A stretch of DNA of 64,000 bases from Trichosphaerium sp. ATCC 40318 (taxonomy: Eukaryota > Protista > Tubulinea), in contig JALMLS010000100.1 of the NCBI GenBank assembly GCA_038496445.1, forward strand, positions 191,006 through 255,005. The letters are read 5' to 3'. The notes under the pieces are model-generated. The model was not told the origin of the DNA. It ran no database searches and saw nothing but the letters and a program-made list of their open reading frames with translations. Made by a program: the position numbers and the translations under genes. Shown here piece after piece: positions 48,383 to 64,000 of the stretch; the stretch's first letter is position 1, and each line of letters opens with the position of its first letter.

Positions 48383-51300
48383 ATGGACCGTCCTCCTAGC
48401 AATCCTAGCACGCCTAGGAGCTTTACGTTTAGGAAGAAGACCTTTCAAACGCTCAGTGCATACCAAAAAAATGAACGAGAAGGTCTTACGCTTCATCACA
48501 GGTGCGTGTTATAAGTGACAATGCGTAATTAGCGTACGCTATCACGTCACACGTTAAAATATCGTATTTTCAATTTACGTGTTCAGCGAGAGACTATTTG
48601 CACTGGAAAGCACAAGAGATGACGAAATCAAAGCACTAGAGGTTAGTTTGAGAATGCTGCTTTCCAAATGTCACATGCCAACGCAAAAAACAATATTATT
48701 AATTGTCAATAGCTGGAACAAAAGCAAACGCTAATGGAAGTTGAACAAAGGCATGCCGACGGTACGTTAAAATGAATAACAATAAAACTAGATCCAAACC
48801 GACAAAAATTTGACAAAAACAACACAGAGCTTGCACGTATTCACAAACAACAAAAGAAAGAAAGAAAAAAGTTACAAAAGGAGCACTCAGCTGCTTTGGA
48901 TGAGAAGAAATCATGTTGGAATGCAAAGGTGGACGAAGAAAAGTGTGTTTTTGTAGGATTTATTTTTTCCGGAAAAAAACTTTTGCTTTTTTTTGATTTT
49001 TTTTTTTGCTTGGTTTCAAAGGCCCTTACTGAATTATGCACGTGTCAGGTAGTTAATATATATTTTTTATTAGAAAAGGGCAAGCTATAGAATTGGCTGA
49101 GCTTGAAAAGAGGCATATGCGTGAGGAACTATGGGAAGGTGAACCTGAGAGATTTCCAGCAAATTATGATATTGATGACTTTCTGAAATATACTGTCCGT
49201 AATATATTACACGTACGTTTTAATAATTAAACCTTGTCACATTGGTGTCAAAAAAATTGACATCTTCTTTCTAAAGCTCAAAAATATCGATACAAAACCT
49301 TATGCAGACATTTTACGAAGTCATCTTATTTGTACTGTTGGATGGCTAAGAAAGCTTGATTTGGAGAGGTACAAATATAACAATGCATGTGTGGTCGTGG
49401 TTATCTTATAGTATACTTCAAGACTAAGTAAAATGGGTCTTCCGTTAATGTTAGAGGAACAATTAGAACGAATGATTTTACATTACCCTCAATACATTGA
49501 AACCAAAAAAGAGCAACGAAGGCAAGCTATGGACCTTATTATTACTTCAAATAGACGCGTACGTTAATAATAATTGTTATTGAATATCCTTTGTGATTAT
49601 GATGAAGTTAACAGCGACATTTTAGAGCACTGGAAACACTAACGAAAAAACTGACACACCGTACAACTTTTTTATTAGGAGAATACCTTACCTCATTTTT
49701 ATACTTCGCTAGGAAAGTAAATTACGCCCATAAGGACTCTGATGCTACACAAATACAATATAAACGTGTCAAAATGATTTTTGTTGGTGAAGGCGGTGTT
49801 GTACGCGAAAATTTTTGGCTTCGAGCCTTGGGTTTTTTTTATCTTTGGCGTGACACTAACAAATCGGCAAATAGGGCAAAACGAGTCTTGTGCGCTATTT
49901 ACACAGCGGCAAAACATGTAAAAAGAATAATCAGTTCAGTAAAGCTACTGATGGTATTGATATCATAGAGCATGGAAGCAAGAAACAAGGTTAGTACTTT
50001 TTTATTTTTTATTGAAAATCCTTTAAAGAAAAATGTGTTCGCGTCATGACGTTAATGTTCTGACTTTTGTAACCAGCTTTTTCTTTTGATTTCTTTGATT
50101 TCGCTGGACAGGAGCTTTATTATACTACACACCAATTTGTACGTGCTTACATAGCTATAGTAGACGTCAAGTTAATTTTGTCAAAAGTACCCACCTAATC
50201 TTTTTTTTCTATTTAGTTTTTGCTTAGTCGCGCTATTTACGCTGTAGTATATGATATATCAAGCGACAATTATACTAAAATAGAGTATTGGTTAAAATCC
50301 ATACGGTTGAGATCACGTGAAGCTATTATCCTTGTCATTGGTACTCATGCAGATGAACCAAAATGTACAGAAGAGTACTTGGAAAATGTTGCTCGACAGC
50401 TAAAAAAGAAGTATAAAAAGTATCGTGTTAATAACTTCTTCCAAGTTACACTTATAAAGAAGAACGCAAAGGGCGTCAAACTGCTAGAAAAGTATATTAA
50501 TGAATTGGTACAAACGCATCAATTATTTCAGGTATGGATTTAAAACAAAGGACATTGGGCGTTGAGATTAGTTTTTTTTTAATTCACTTTGTAGGTCTTT
50601 TTGGAACCTAGATTACACCGTATTGCTACGAGTATAGATTCCAGTAGATTAAAAAAACATGAAACAAATAATAGAGCTATCATCAGTGTCGATGATTTTG
50701 CTGATATGCATCAGTTAGAGGTTTGTGTTTTTATTTTTGATCTTTTTTTTTGTTGTCGGTTCTCTTTTTCCTTGTTGATAGATCAGTGCTGAATTTTATT
50801 TAGGACTCTGAAGTTAGTAGTACACTTCAAGTATTGAGTGAGTTGGGTGTTGTTATGCATTTCCCTACGGTGCCAAATTTAAACGACTTGGTACGTACTA
50901 ATCATGTTTTTTTTATTAATGTTCAACAGTTACTTATTTATACTTGCATAGGTCGTCTTGGACGCCAAATACCTCGCTGATTTAATGGCACTAATAGTGA
51001 CATATAAGCATAACTATATAAAGAATGGTATTATCTATCCAGAGGTACTCATACAACAGCCGGTTAGAGATGAAGTTTAATTTTTTATTTTAGGATTTGC
51101 GAAGAGTTTTTACAACGGACGCTGGGAACCACAAAAGCTTAGTCAACTTACTTGAGCGCTTTGAAGTTGTATTTCAACTTAAATTGAAAACTACTTCATC
51201 CATAGATCAGGATATCTGTCCTGTTCTTGTGCCATGTACTCTTCAAGACAAACAGCCAGTATCGTATAGGATTGCTCTTAACAAGATGCTCGTACGAAAT

Positions 51301-53776
51301 ACGTAGAACATTCTATTTCTTACCGCTGTATCGCAGGAGACTTTACCAGCCAATATGACACAGTACAGACGCGTTTATAACTTCGAGTTCTTGCCGATAG
51401 GTTCGTTTTCTTCGCGTGAGTTTTTCATGAGACTGATCTTTTTTAAACAGGGTTTGTACCTCGATTAATCGTCAGAATTGTACACTTGAAGGGCGTGAAA
51501 TGGTCTGATACATGGCGACGTGGAATAAAACTTGAAATGGGTGATGAGAAGGTACTGATAAACCGTTTCTCTTGCGCGATATTTCTATTGATTTTTCTTA
51601 CATGTTACTTTAGCTGATTGTAGATTATGACAACGTTGAGTGTAAACTTCAAGTTATATGCCAAACAACGACAGAAAATTTGCTTACAACAAAGTCTCTG
51701 TTTACTAATGTTATTGCATGTATTGATGCACTTGTTGCAATGTTATATAGAAACCGTCTTGAAAACGATGCTATTAAGGTACAAAGATTAATGTCCCTTT
51801 TGCACTTTACCTCTTCGTTATTCTAACTCTTACTCTCTTAAAGATAAACCTCCCTTGTATTCATTGTATAGAGACAAGAGACGGTTTTGTCTCTATGAGG
51901 CCTACAATGTTTCCATACCAAGACGTTGTTAATGCATTCATTTCGGTAGGAGTTTTGAAGGAAAAAGAAAAAAAAAAGAAAGAAACTTGTTATATTGACT
52001 CTGTTTTAAATAGGGAGAACACTCTATGAAATGTATTAACTACAGTGTACCTCTTGAGAGACTTGCTCCAGATATTTGTGTATCATACCTACCAGTAAGC
52101 CTAGTTATGAGTTTTTCAAGAGAAATAACTTTTTTTTTCACCAGATCTGCAAAGATGTTGTCGTGGGTAAGCAGCTAGGTGCTGGTGGTTTTGCAGTTGT
52201 TTATGAGGGAACAAGTGATGGTAAAGTTGTTGCTATAAAGGTAAGCCAATTAAGCGATGAGAAAGACAACAAGAGACCATGTTGTTGCACTCTTTTTAAA
52301 ACGATACTCGTCTCTAACTTTTTTCCCTTAGCGTCTGAAAGAATGGGATAAACCAGGTGAAAATCTAGATAACTTGAGAGCATTTAGAGAGTTCCAACAT
52401 GAAGTTTATTTGCTATCGTACGTGATCATTATCAGTTTGAACAAAGCTACATTCTTTACATTTTTTGTGTTCGTAAAACTTAAGAACTCTTAAGGAAGCT
52501 TGATAGCGATTATCTTGTTAGATTTTATGGTATAACACTTAGCCCTGTTCAAATAGTATTAGAATTGATAGAAAAGGGTAGCTTAGATATAATACTAGTA
52601 GATAAGGTGAGTTATTTTTGTTTTCTGCTTCCACGCCTTTTAACAGAATTCTTTTTGCAGACTTTAAATGATGCTGTCTTTAACTGGATGGTCCGTCTCC
52701 GGATAGCAAGGGATGTTGCCAAGGGAATGGCTTACCTACATGCACAACAACCAGCTATACTTCATAGGGACTTAAGAAGCCCTAACGTTTTTGTACGATT
52801 TTCGATGATGTAAGCTAAACTAACATAAAGTTGTAGATAACATCACTTGATACTTCTCAAGAAGTTATAGCAAAGGTTGGAGATTTTGGCATGGTACGCC
52901 ACGGATGTTAAGTAAGACTTCGTTCTTACTCTTTAAAGGCACAATATGCAGCCCCTTATCTATCAGAGCTACTGCCGACATGGCAATGGTGCGCACAATT
53001 GAGTTTTTTAATGTCAACTAACGTAATGTCTTGATAGGTTAGCACCTGAAGTGATTAATCCAAAATCAAAAGTTTATTCAGCGTCTAGTGATGTTTACAG
53101 GTTAGATTTTGTATTGATTGTTATCATCTCATTGTTCTTTAGTCTTGCTATGGTTTGCTGGGAGCTAGCTGCAAGGAAGACTCCTTTTGCTGAGTATCTT
53201 CAGTTTGTAATTAAAACAGAAGAAACATGGACAGAGGAACAATTTAATGATGAAGTTGTGTTAGAACAAAGTATTTCTTCTCGGTTAAAAGGTGAAGGTA
53301 AAACAGAAGAAGAGATAAAAGATTATATAAGAATAAAGTTATCTGATGCAAATAATACTGTAAAAGCTCTATTAGTGGAAGAGCTTGGTACGTAACAATT
53401 CACAACGTTAAAACGAGAAAAAAACAAGAAAAAAGCTAAAGATACTTTTTTTTTAGCGCAGCACGGATTTTCTGTTGTTGGTTCAAGAGTTTATCGTGAG
53501 GAGTTCAAAAAGCATGAGATTATTGACGCTATTATTACTAAGGATTTGAGACCTACTTTTCCTAAAAGCACACCAGAGAATTTTAGAAAACTTATTTATA
53601 CTTCATGGGTAAGCACTAAATAATTTTTTTCTAAAGTTTGAGTTTCTAAGTTGTTTTTTTAGGTTGCTTCTCCAGTTCGTAGACCAAAGTGTTCGGATTT
53701 GGTTATAGATCTTGAAAACCAGATAGCATCCTTAAAAAATAGCGTAAAAACAAGTGCTGCGCGGAATGCAAAGTAG
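48383..53776 (+). CDS. Roco protein (ROC GTPase-COR-TKL kinase)
   Basis: VKMIFVGEGGVGKTSL, ATDGIDI, FDFAGQELYYTTHQF, VIGTHAD; COR: LGVVMHF, LLERFEV, FEFLPIGFVPRLIVR; kinase: LGAGGFAVVY, HRDLRSPNVF, KVGDFG, TWQWLAPEV. Confidence 0.9.
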
Positions 53777-54026
53777 TGTAAAATAAAAACATTGTATTTT
53801 TGAACAAAGTGATCACGTGACTTCTCGCCCACTTTACAATAGGTTTTAAAAAGGATGACATCTTTGTTATACTCCAAGGGTAAAGAAATTAACTCTATGG
53901 GACTTGCGGTCATAGTATGGGACGTCTGTCATTTTGTTTTACTTTTCACGTGCCGAGGTTTTGCCAGCCAAAAACTCGTTTTATTGTCTAGTGCACACTA
54001 CCCACTGGTTAAACGTAGTGTTTTAG

Positions 54027-55201
54027 TTATCCATATGGATCAGTATCACGAAGAAACATCAGGTATAAGATAAAAACCACTCGGTTATTTTTTCCGTTAT
54101 TTTTTTTTGGAGTCTCGCAGTTTTTATGCTTTATACGCCTATAGAACCATCCCATACGCTTTCTTACTACAATAGAACAAACTGAGATCCTAAAGTTCCA
54201 GAAACAAAGTCCAAAGAGTCCCTCGCCTATTGTACAGCATAAAAAAGATAAACTCCTGTCACACGAGGTACAATTTGACCTACAAAACAGTGGAACGCTT
54301 CAATGTAGTTCTGGATCCACCAATGATCGTCAACTATCCGATGTAGACGAAGAAAGCGGCTCGTATATTGAAGAGTACGAGATTGAATCTATACTAGGTG
54401 AACGTAAAAAACATGTGCGTTGTCACGTTTAATTCCAAAAAAAGATACAAACATGGCTTAGGGGAAAACTGAATTTCTTTTAAAATGGAAGGGCTATGAC
54501 GAGCCAACTTGGGAACCTACAGGTGCCAAAAAAGAAAATATAGTTACGCCTTAATGTTAACTGTAAAAGACTGCATTGATGGAGGTGAACAGGCTGATGC
54601 CGTTACAGAATATAGGAATAGGTACCCATACAATCTCTATTGTTTTTCAGTATTGATTTAGGCAGAGTACCTCTGTGAGGAAAAGGGGATTAAAGGTTTG
54701 TCTGTCAGTATTTTGTAGCAGTAAATTTATACTTTGTAGCGAAAGAGGGAAGTAGAAAGAGTTAAAAGCAAACAAAGTATGCGAGAATTCATCAAAACAT
54801 AACTGATTTTTTGCTACAAGTTGAAGCTTTGCGTTCAGAGCAAGCAGTACTTAACGAAATAAGCCATATAACTAGAGATGAGAATGGGAAATGGCTAATA
54901 GGATTACTTCAGTACGTAACAATAAAGACATGAAAACTAGAGTTTGTTAACCAAAACAAACAAAAGACAAAATAATGGAATTATTTATGAACCAGCAAGT
55001 TGCTATATTCAGAGGCATGGTACAATAAAATTACAAAAGTATATAAGACGTCACTTAGAGGTGCTTTTACGAACCTATTAAATAAGACTAAGTCCTCTTT
55101 GTTTCAAGCATGAAGAATTTGCGTACATTACAATTAAAGAAAAACATGAAAGTCAGAGCAAAACACGGAGGAAGAAAAAAAAAAGAAGACGAACAATTTA
55201 A
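54027..55201 (+). CDS. Chromodomain protein, possibly HP1-like
   Basis: [34 protein letters not shown] with aromatic cage Y/W/Y intact; weak chromo-shadow-like C-terminal region. Both ends uncertain. Confidence 0.7.
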
Positions 55202-55326
55202 CAAACAAAGTTCTTTTGCGTGGACAACCCTCCTCAGTGAGCCATGGACAAAATTACAGTACTCTTGTCTGGTTTAAGCAATGAAAGAAGTTACAATAAC
55301 TTATTAAAGGTCACATTTATTACAAG

Positions 55327-56475
55327 TTATTGTTTATACTGTCTAGCTCTCTTTCTACGATTCTTCTCATAGTACTCCTTGTAGGGTTCAATGTATTCCT
55401 TGTGGCATTTATGCCATATTTTTTCTTCCTCCTCGGAAGCAGCAAGCATAAAGCCAGAATCCACCACCACGCCAAGATGGAATATATTTCCTTGGCGGAA
55501 AAAGAACGGTGTAGCGTACTGACCTTCAATACGCTCCGCAAGAAACTGTTCCAATAGAACAAGATGTTTATATAGAACATCTAAAGAGACGTTCTTTTTA
55601 AATAAGGCAACCCTGCCTATCTTTAACATGGCGTAAAAGTCTGAGACCAGAAAGCCACCAATGTCTTCTAGCGTCAGTATACCAGCTAACTGACGCGCAG
55701 CGTTAAGGAAACAACCCTCGTTATACGCTCTTTTGTATAACGCCATATTTTTTAGAGCGTCTACAAGAAATTAGAAATTACAACAGAGTCAAAGCGAGGA
55801 AAAAAAGCCAAAAAAAAAATCGAGTTTTCACAATTGCAGAGAAAACCGCTAATTTAAAGCAAAAAAAAAAGCCACTAAACAAACATGCCTGTGTGGTGTT
55901 CAACAGGAACAAAGCATTTCAGCTGAAACGCTTTAGTTCTAAGGTAGTTTGGTAATTTCCACGTGAACCAGCACTCGTCGCCATTTGGTACTGTTCGCAG
56001 AAACTTCACTACCATTTCTTCAAAACATTACGCGGAAGTTGAGGTAGCGATACAACTCCGCTGTTTGTTCCTAAATTCTAAACTTAGCCAAAGGAAAAAA
56101 AAACAAGTGAAAAAAACCAAAAAAAAAGCTTTACTTACCAACGTTCCAGACTAACACAGGCCGCGTTTGCGTATCGTTGACGATATTACGACGCAAGTTT
56201 GCGTTGTGGTAATTCTTTTCCTCTTGTGGAACCTTTCTGAGACGTAGATGCTCAGTGGCACTCTGCGCATGCTCGGCAAGCCTTTTGAGGTGTTCGAGTA
56301 GTTGCTTTTGTAACACCTGCAAGGTCATATCTCGGAACTTCTTGCATGTGACTCGAATTCGCCGTCTACTGTGTAGACACCGCAGTAAGGTCTCTATTAC
56401 TGAGTCTGGCAGCGTGTCAAGGGAGTAGTACCCAATATATGAACGGCTGTTTTGTCTCTTTAGTGACCTTTGCAT
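55327..56475 (-). CDS. Hypothetical protein with F-box-like N-terminus
   Basis: SLDTLPDSVIETLLRCLHSRRRIRVTCKKFR is F-box-like; downstream exons are open with splice signals. Confidence 0.5.
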
Positions 56476-56593
56476 TTTGTAGAATATGTTGGCTGGAAAT
56501 AATGTGTGCGTTGTTGAGTGCTGTGCAATTGCAAAATATCTCACAGCTGTTTGTCAGTCATGGTCATTCTCGCTTGTATTAATTTATGCAAAT

Positions 56594-56860
56594 AGATCAC
56601 GTTTTTCGACCGAAAAAGTACTGAAAGGGTATTAAAACTTCGGGAGCGACGTCATACAACTTGTTTATATTATTCACACAATTGTAGAGTGGTTTTAAGC
56701 TTTTTAAAAGGCTTCGATCACGTTTTTTCAGCCGAAGCAAAAGCAAAAAAGGTTTAAAGCACCGCTGACGCTGTATGAAGGTCTGTTACAAATATAAGAT
56801 GAGGTTTTAAACAAAAATAAAGAAAGAAAAGCTGAAACGGTGCGATCACGTTTTTTTGAA
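56594..56860. repeat. Degenerate repeat with a period of about 122-128 bp and core GATCACGTTTTT, upstream of the F-box-like gene
   Basis: GATCACGTTTTT occurs at about 56595, 56717 and 56844; copies 1 and 2 share downstream similarity. Confidence 0.45.
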
Positions 56861-57859
56861 TCGCACACCTTCCTAAACGACTATTTCAAGCGGAAAAGTC
56901 CGAAAAATGGTACTCTTATTGATTTTAAAGTGTTTTAAAGTGGATTTAACGTACATACAGGACGAGAACGCTCTAAACAGAGTTTCCCGCTCATAGCCAC
57001 AGCTGAGATGCTTCCTCGTTAGAATTTTCAGATAACAAAACGAGTGCACAAGTGCACATTGCTCGTAAAGGAGCTGTGTGTTGTGCAATTGCGTATGTAA
57101 GGGGCTAAAGAGTGTTTAGGCGCATTTGGTATATTCGTACGCTTCGCACCGGTCGAGTAAAAATTAAAGTTTGATCAAAGCTGTTTCTAAAGGTGCGCTG
57201 TGGCGTTAGAAGCAGTTTGGCGCAGTTTCTCCAAAACCACTTTTTTTTTCAGGATATTTTGTAGCGGTATTTAAATCGAAGTCTAAACTTTTATTAGTGG
57301 AAATTAATCAGCCTTCCATACTTAATAACTATGGTTGTAGTGTCCGCTACTTCACGTTGAGTGGAGAGGGCGTCTATACATGTTGACTGCTGCTACCATT
57401 GTTACGGTATTAGTCTAAAGTATTAACCTGGTACAAACTAATTCCAGGGCAGCGCCATCCTACTTTCGAACAGTAGATGGAGTTCAACAGACGCTAACAG
57501 GCAAGGATCTCCGTAACACAGAGACACATTAGCACCTTGCCTAAGACATTGGTAAAACAATGAATTTTTTTTGGTATTTGTCAGAGCCATATCACTGCCT
57601 GGCTCTTACCTTGACGCTTGTTCAAGGCACTGTCAGATCCTCTGTGTGCTTCAAATGTAACCTGAGAAACAATAAACTACTCTAATACATCTTACTGTCG
57701 GCCATTGCTTTCTTTTTTGTACCCTGCAATGAAACCATTCAGTGTAAGCCAAGACAATAGCTTCCTTGCAAACCTTAATGATACAACGCGTCTGGAAGCT
57801 ACACTTGACCAAGAAAAGTACAAGAAACAGTTTTTATTTACAACAATAGACAAGGGTAT

Positions 57860-60830
57860 TTAACTCGTGCATCGTGCAACGAAGACGAGTGTATTCAAAA
57901 GAATAAGAGCACCATCGCTGTTTACATTCCAAAAGGTTGAGCAGACACGAGATGAAGGAGGAAAGAAATTAGTTGTTGCACTCCAACCTTAAAAGAAAAA
58001 AAGGATTACTTTAACCGTTCATTTGAGTACTTTTCTTTTACCTTTTCCTATCTGCTTTACAGCCACCAGTGGTGTTCCATCATCCCAAGTAGATACAAGG
58101 ACACTTCCTTCACTCAATTTACAGTTCGACCTAAACACAAATCAACAACCAGTAGGTCAATACAACATAGGAAAAAAAACAAATCTGGTAGTTTTTTCTT
58201 CAGTAGCACACCTGTATGAATCTTTACCGCCATCAAAGCTATTAACACCAATCATCCTTTAGCGCGGAGATATTAGTACTAAAATATTTTGTTTTGTCCG
58301 TACGTAGGATGACCTGGAAGGATTTTTTTGCCTAAAGTACAACGCTTGCCATTAATTTGAGAACCCTATTTTTTTCGTTAATGAACGGTTTATAAGTTTA
58401 AATTACAACGCTTCGTACAGGTAGAAGTGCGTGATATGCCTCAGAGGTGAATCTACCTGAAAGACCAAGTCCTGACTTATTCTAGAACTAACGTTAAGCC
58501 ATAAATGAAAAAAGTTCAAAAAGCAAGTCTGCTGAGTGCTACAACAACGTACTGTTGCAAATGCTGCGACCACTACTCCGCCACCATTGTCTATATAATC
58601 TGCTAGTTGATCACCAACCTCTTCTGTGTTATAGTAGCTATAATTAGACCATGTCAAGATTGCATTGTACTGGCTATAGTCGACAACACGCTGAGAATTA
58701 ACTGCAATATCACTTGTGAGTGGTCACCAAAAAAAGGTAGCAGTGGGTTTAAAGACAATTGACGATCTTTTAGGACCCTTTTAAGCACTCACCTGGGACT
58801 ACGTGTACGATCACTAGTATTTAATAAGCGAACATGTTTTTGCTTTGTAGAAAAATAAGTGATATGTTTACCTTGTTCCTCCTGGTTGAGGCAAGCCTTT
58901 ACATCCTCTGAAAAACAAAAAAGTTACATAAAAGTTTGGCTATGAAATAATTCTTTTCTGAATTTGTTCTCACCTATGTAATCCTACGGTAAAAATAAGT
59001 TAATCAGGTTTTCTTTACCAAAAAAAAAAAGTTGTAGTACGTCTGTTGCTTCGGCTGCTAGTATCAAGAATTTCATTTTCTATTCAGTTTTGTAAGTTGT
59101 TTCCATAGCTGATAGAACAAAGTAGTACCCCAACGTCCTTACGACCAAACATTCTCGTTGTTGAGTTAAAAGTTGTACTAACAACACCTCCACTTGCTTT
59201 GTTACAAAAAACATTTTTAAGTTCCTCAGCTGTTAAGATACCAGACTGATTGATATCAATAGACAACTATTAACAAAGAATACGTAAGATTGCATTCAAT
59301 TCCACATAAAAAAATTAAAAATCACGTGCCTGACTCATCGTCATAAGAGGAAATCGAACATGCTCCAGAATCTAAGGACACGAATTAACCATCTTTTTTT
59401 GAAAATTGATGATTGCTTACGCCATCAAGGACATCTCGAATATTGCTTGTTTGTGTGGGCAAGTTCTATTTGTATAATTAAAAAAATACGATTTCTAAAA
59501 CCCATACTTGTTCTTTGCATTGACCTTTTGCCCATCTGATAATTGCATCGAATAATTCAATCTATGTAAAAAAATTAGAGTTAAAACAACACTCTAATTA
59601 CCTCTTCGAAAAATAGCGAGTTGTCCGTTACAATTAGTGCCAGGCATTCCTAGGTATCTTTAGTTTTATAAGTAAGAAATACACTAACCCTTGGAAGCTG
59701 GTAGAATCCCTCAGTCTCAAAAACAGCAGGTCCGTTAATCTACCTCAAATATTAGGTTCATAAAACCACTAGAAAAATAGCAATGTATTAGGCGTACTGT
59801 AATATATTTAATGCAACAATCAACTATTTGAGACTGCCCTAAATCATGCGCTTGTCTGATATATTTTGTTACCTACATTGTTCTGAAAGCGAACTTTAGA
59901 CGATAGAAAAAAAAAACAAGTGCTTTCAAATCAAAAGATGAAAAAGTTGATTAAAACAAGCGTACCACTTCAACCGACAAACTTTTATCCAGAAATTCTA
60001 GACACAATCTTTCCAATTCAAGCAACTGATATTTTTTTGCAGCGTATAAGGTTTCCATTACTACACAGAATAAATATCACGTGACAGACAAAAAAAAACC
60101 AAAAAAGTTTTAATTTGTCCCAAACAGCGTACCATTTGATTCTTTCAAAACAACAACGTTAGTGTATATGAACCGCAGTAATAGCTCAAATGCCTCTGGA
60201 CAAACATCGGGTATTTCTATAGCCACTTGAGGTTTTTCCGATTCAATCATACCACCATAAAGCATACGCTCAAAAACCTAGACCAGTAAATGTTTCGGTT
60301 TTTTTTTTATTTGTTTGAGTTTTTGAGTTTTCTCCTTCACGAATAAACTTACCTCACTTCTCATAGCTAGTATAAGACGATGTGTAGTGAAATGCACTTG
60401 ATCTTCGCCAACCACGAATTCAGCATCGGCCAACCTAAGCACCACAGTCACGTGATTGCCTATACAAGTTTATTTGTACGTTTTATTATCGTACAGGCGC
60501 ATTACTGCACTTTCTATCGCACTAGGGGGACTATCATCGCTTTTGTCGCTAATTACTTTCTGCAATAACAAAATAAATTACAAAAACAAAGCGTAAGATA
60601 CTTGTTCAACTGTGTAATAAACCAATGATTTAAAAAGTTGGCCGAAACTAAACACTTACTTTTTGTGGTTTTTGGGGTAGTAAGTGACGAGAGAACCATG
60701 GATTATACTCTTTAACACTATTATAGTTCCACTGTCTATTATTTGGCTCATTTGGCGAAATCGGCGAGTAGGTTGAATGGAGAGTTGGCGTGGATCTACC
60801 CGAACTTCTCTTGCTGTTAGACTCGGCCAT
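57860..60830 (-). CDS. BTB/POZ-BACK protein with an alpha/beta C-terminal domain
   Basis: ADAEFVVG..THRLILAMRSEVFERMLYGGMIES..DVCPEAFELLLRFIYT..LYAAKKYQLLELERLCLEFL. C-terminal GDQLADYIDNGGGVVVAAF..SFDGG..WDDGTPL..NFFPPSS..DGALILLNTL. Confidence 0.85.
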
Positions 60831-61119
60831 CTAAAAAATATTTGACACGTTTTGAAAAAACAATACAAAAAAAAAGGGACCGAGTATGTAGTACAGAGTT
60901 TTAGTCTAATGGAGAAATAGATAACCCGATTTCGCTTTACAAGCGTCTTTAGGAATCCACATAATCAATAGAGAAAGAGAGCGCAATAATAGAAGGTTGT
61001 GAGTCAAACCAGTAAAAAAAGAAGAGAGTTCTTTATTACGCTGAGAGAGTAAAAAACACACGTCTCAACAATCAAAACTTTTTTTTTGTTGTCACAAAGT
61101 GAAACAAAAAGAGCGTGGT

Positions 61120-63085
<1,966 letters not shown>

Positions 63086-63323
63086 GTTTGAAGGTTAAAA
63101 AAGTACAAAATGTGTGCCCTGGACGAAATCTACCAGGGCTAACCAACCACCCGCAACAAACGACACAAGATATTTGGCATTCGCCTCTGTTATTTTACAT
63201 GGTCACTACATACAAACTAATAGTTGATGCCAGCCTAAAAAAAAACATTTTTTCTCTTTTTGGCTTGTGCAAAAAATCTGAAATATTCGAATGGGTTGCA
63301 CTCTCGCATTTTCTTTGGTTGTC

Positions 63324-64000
<677 letters not shown>

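Noticed and set aside
8991-55201. Functional chromatin gene cluster (BAH-MTase, Ada3, PHD-SET, chromodomain)
   Set aside because: The genes are spread over 46 kb among unrelated housekeeping genes, so chance co-location is plausible.
57583-57606. Hairpin with a CAGTGA loop on the minus strand, suggestive of an iron-responsive element given the IRP1-type aconitase
   Set aside because: No bulged C five pairs below the loop, a mismatch in the upper stem, and it lies in a putative intron.

Overview
This is gene-dense, AT-rich eukaryotic nuclear DNA with many short spliceosomal introns (mostly about 40-100 nt; donors often GTACGT/GTACGC/GTAAGT; CTAAC-like branch points), so the ORF track shows only exon fragments. 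The gene content (Roco kinase, LISK-type TKL kinase, IRP1-type aconitase, MCU, a Trp-repeat/nuclease family) suggests an amoeboid protist, probably an amoebozoan (inference). Manual splicing gives about 27 protein-coding genes and one pseudogene fragment, often head-to-head across promoters of under 300 bp. The standout is 8991-12708(+): an intron-rich gene joining a BAH chromatin-reader domain to a phage/bacterial-type amino (N4-C/N6-A) DNA methyltransferase (DPFGGG, TCPPY), with an acidic tail of SIM-like repeats. It is a candidate domesticated, chromatin-targeted epigenetic writer. Other notable items: a LUC7 whose two zinc fingers have lost ligands; a secreted double helical-hairpin Cys-rich peptide absent from the ORF track; an intron-poor F-box-like/MORN plus F-box/LRR pair with a decayed paralog 19 kb away; a calpain with N-terminal C2 and EF-hand domains; a PHD-SET protein with a degenerate active site; a BTB protein with a bacterial-like C-terminal domain; and three single-base homopolymer frameshifts that are probably assembly errors. 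All exon structures were inferred by eye and family calls come from motif recognition, not database searches.
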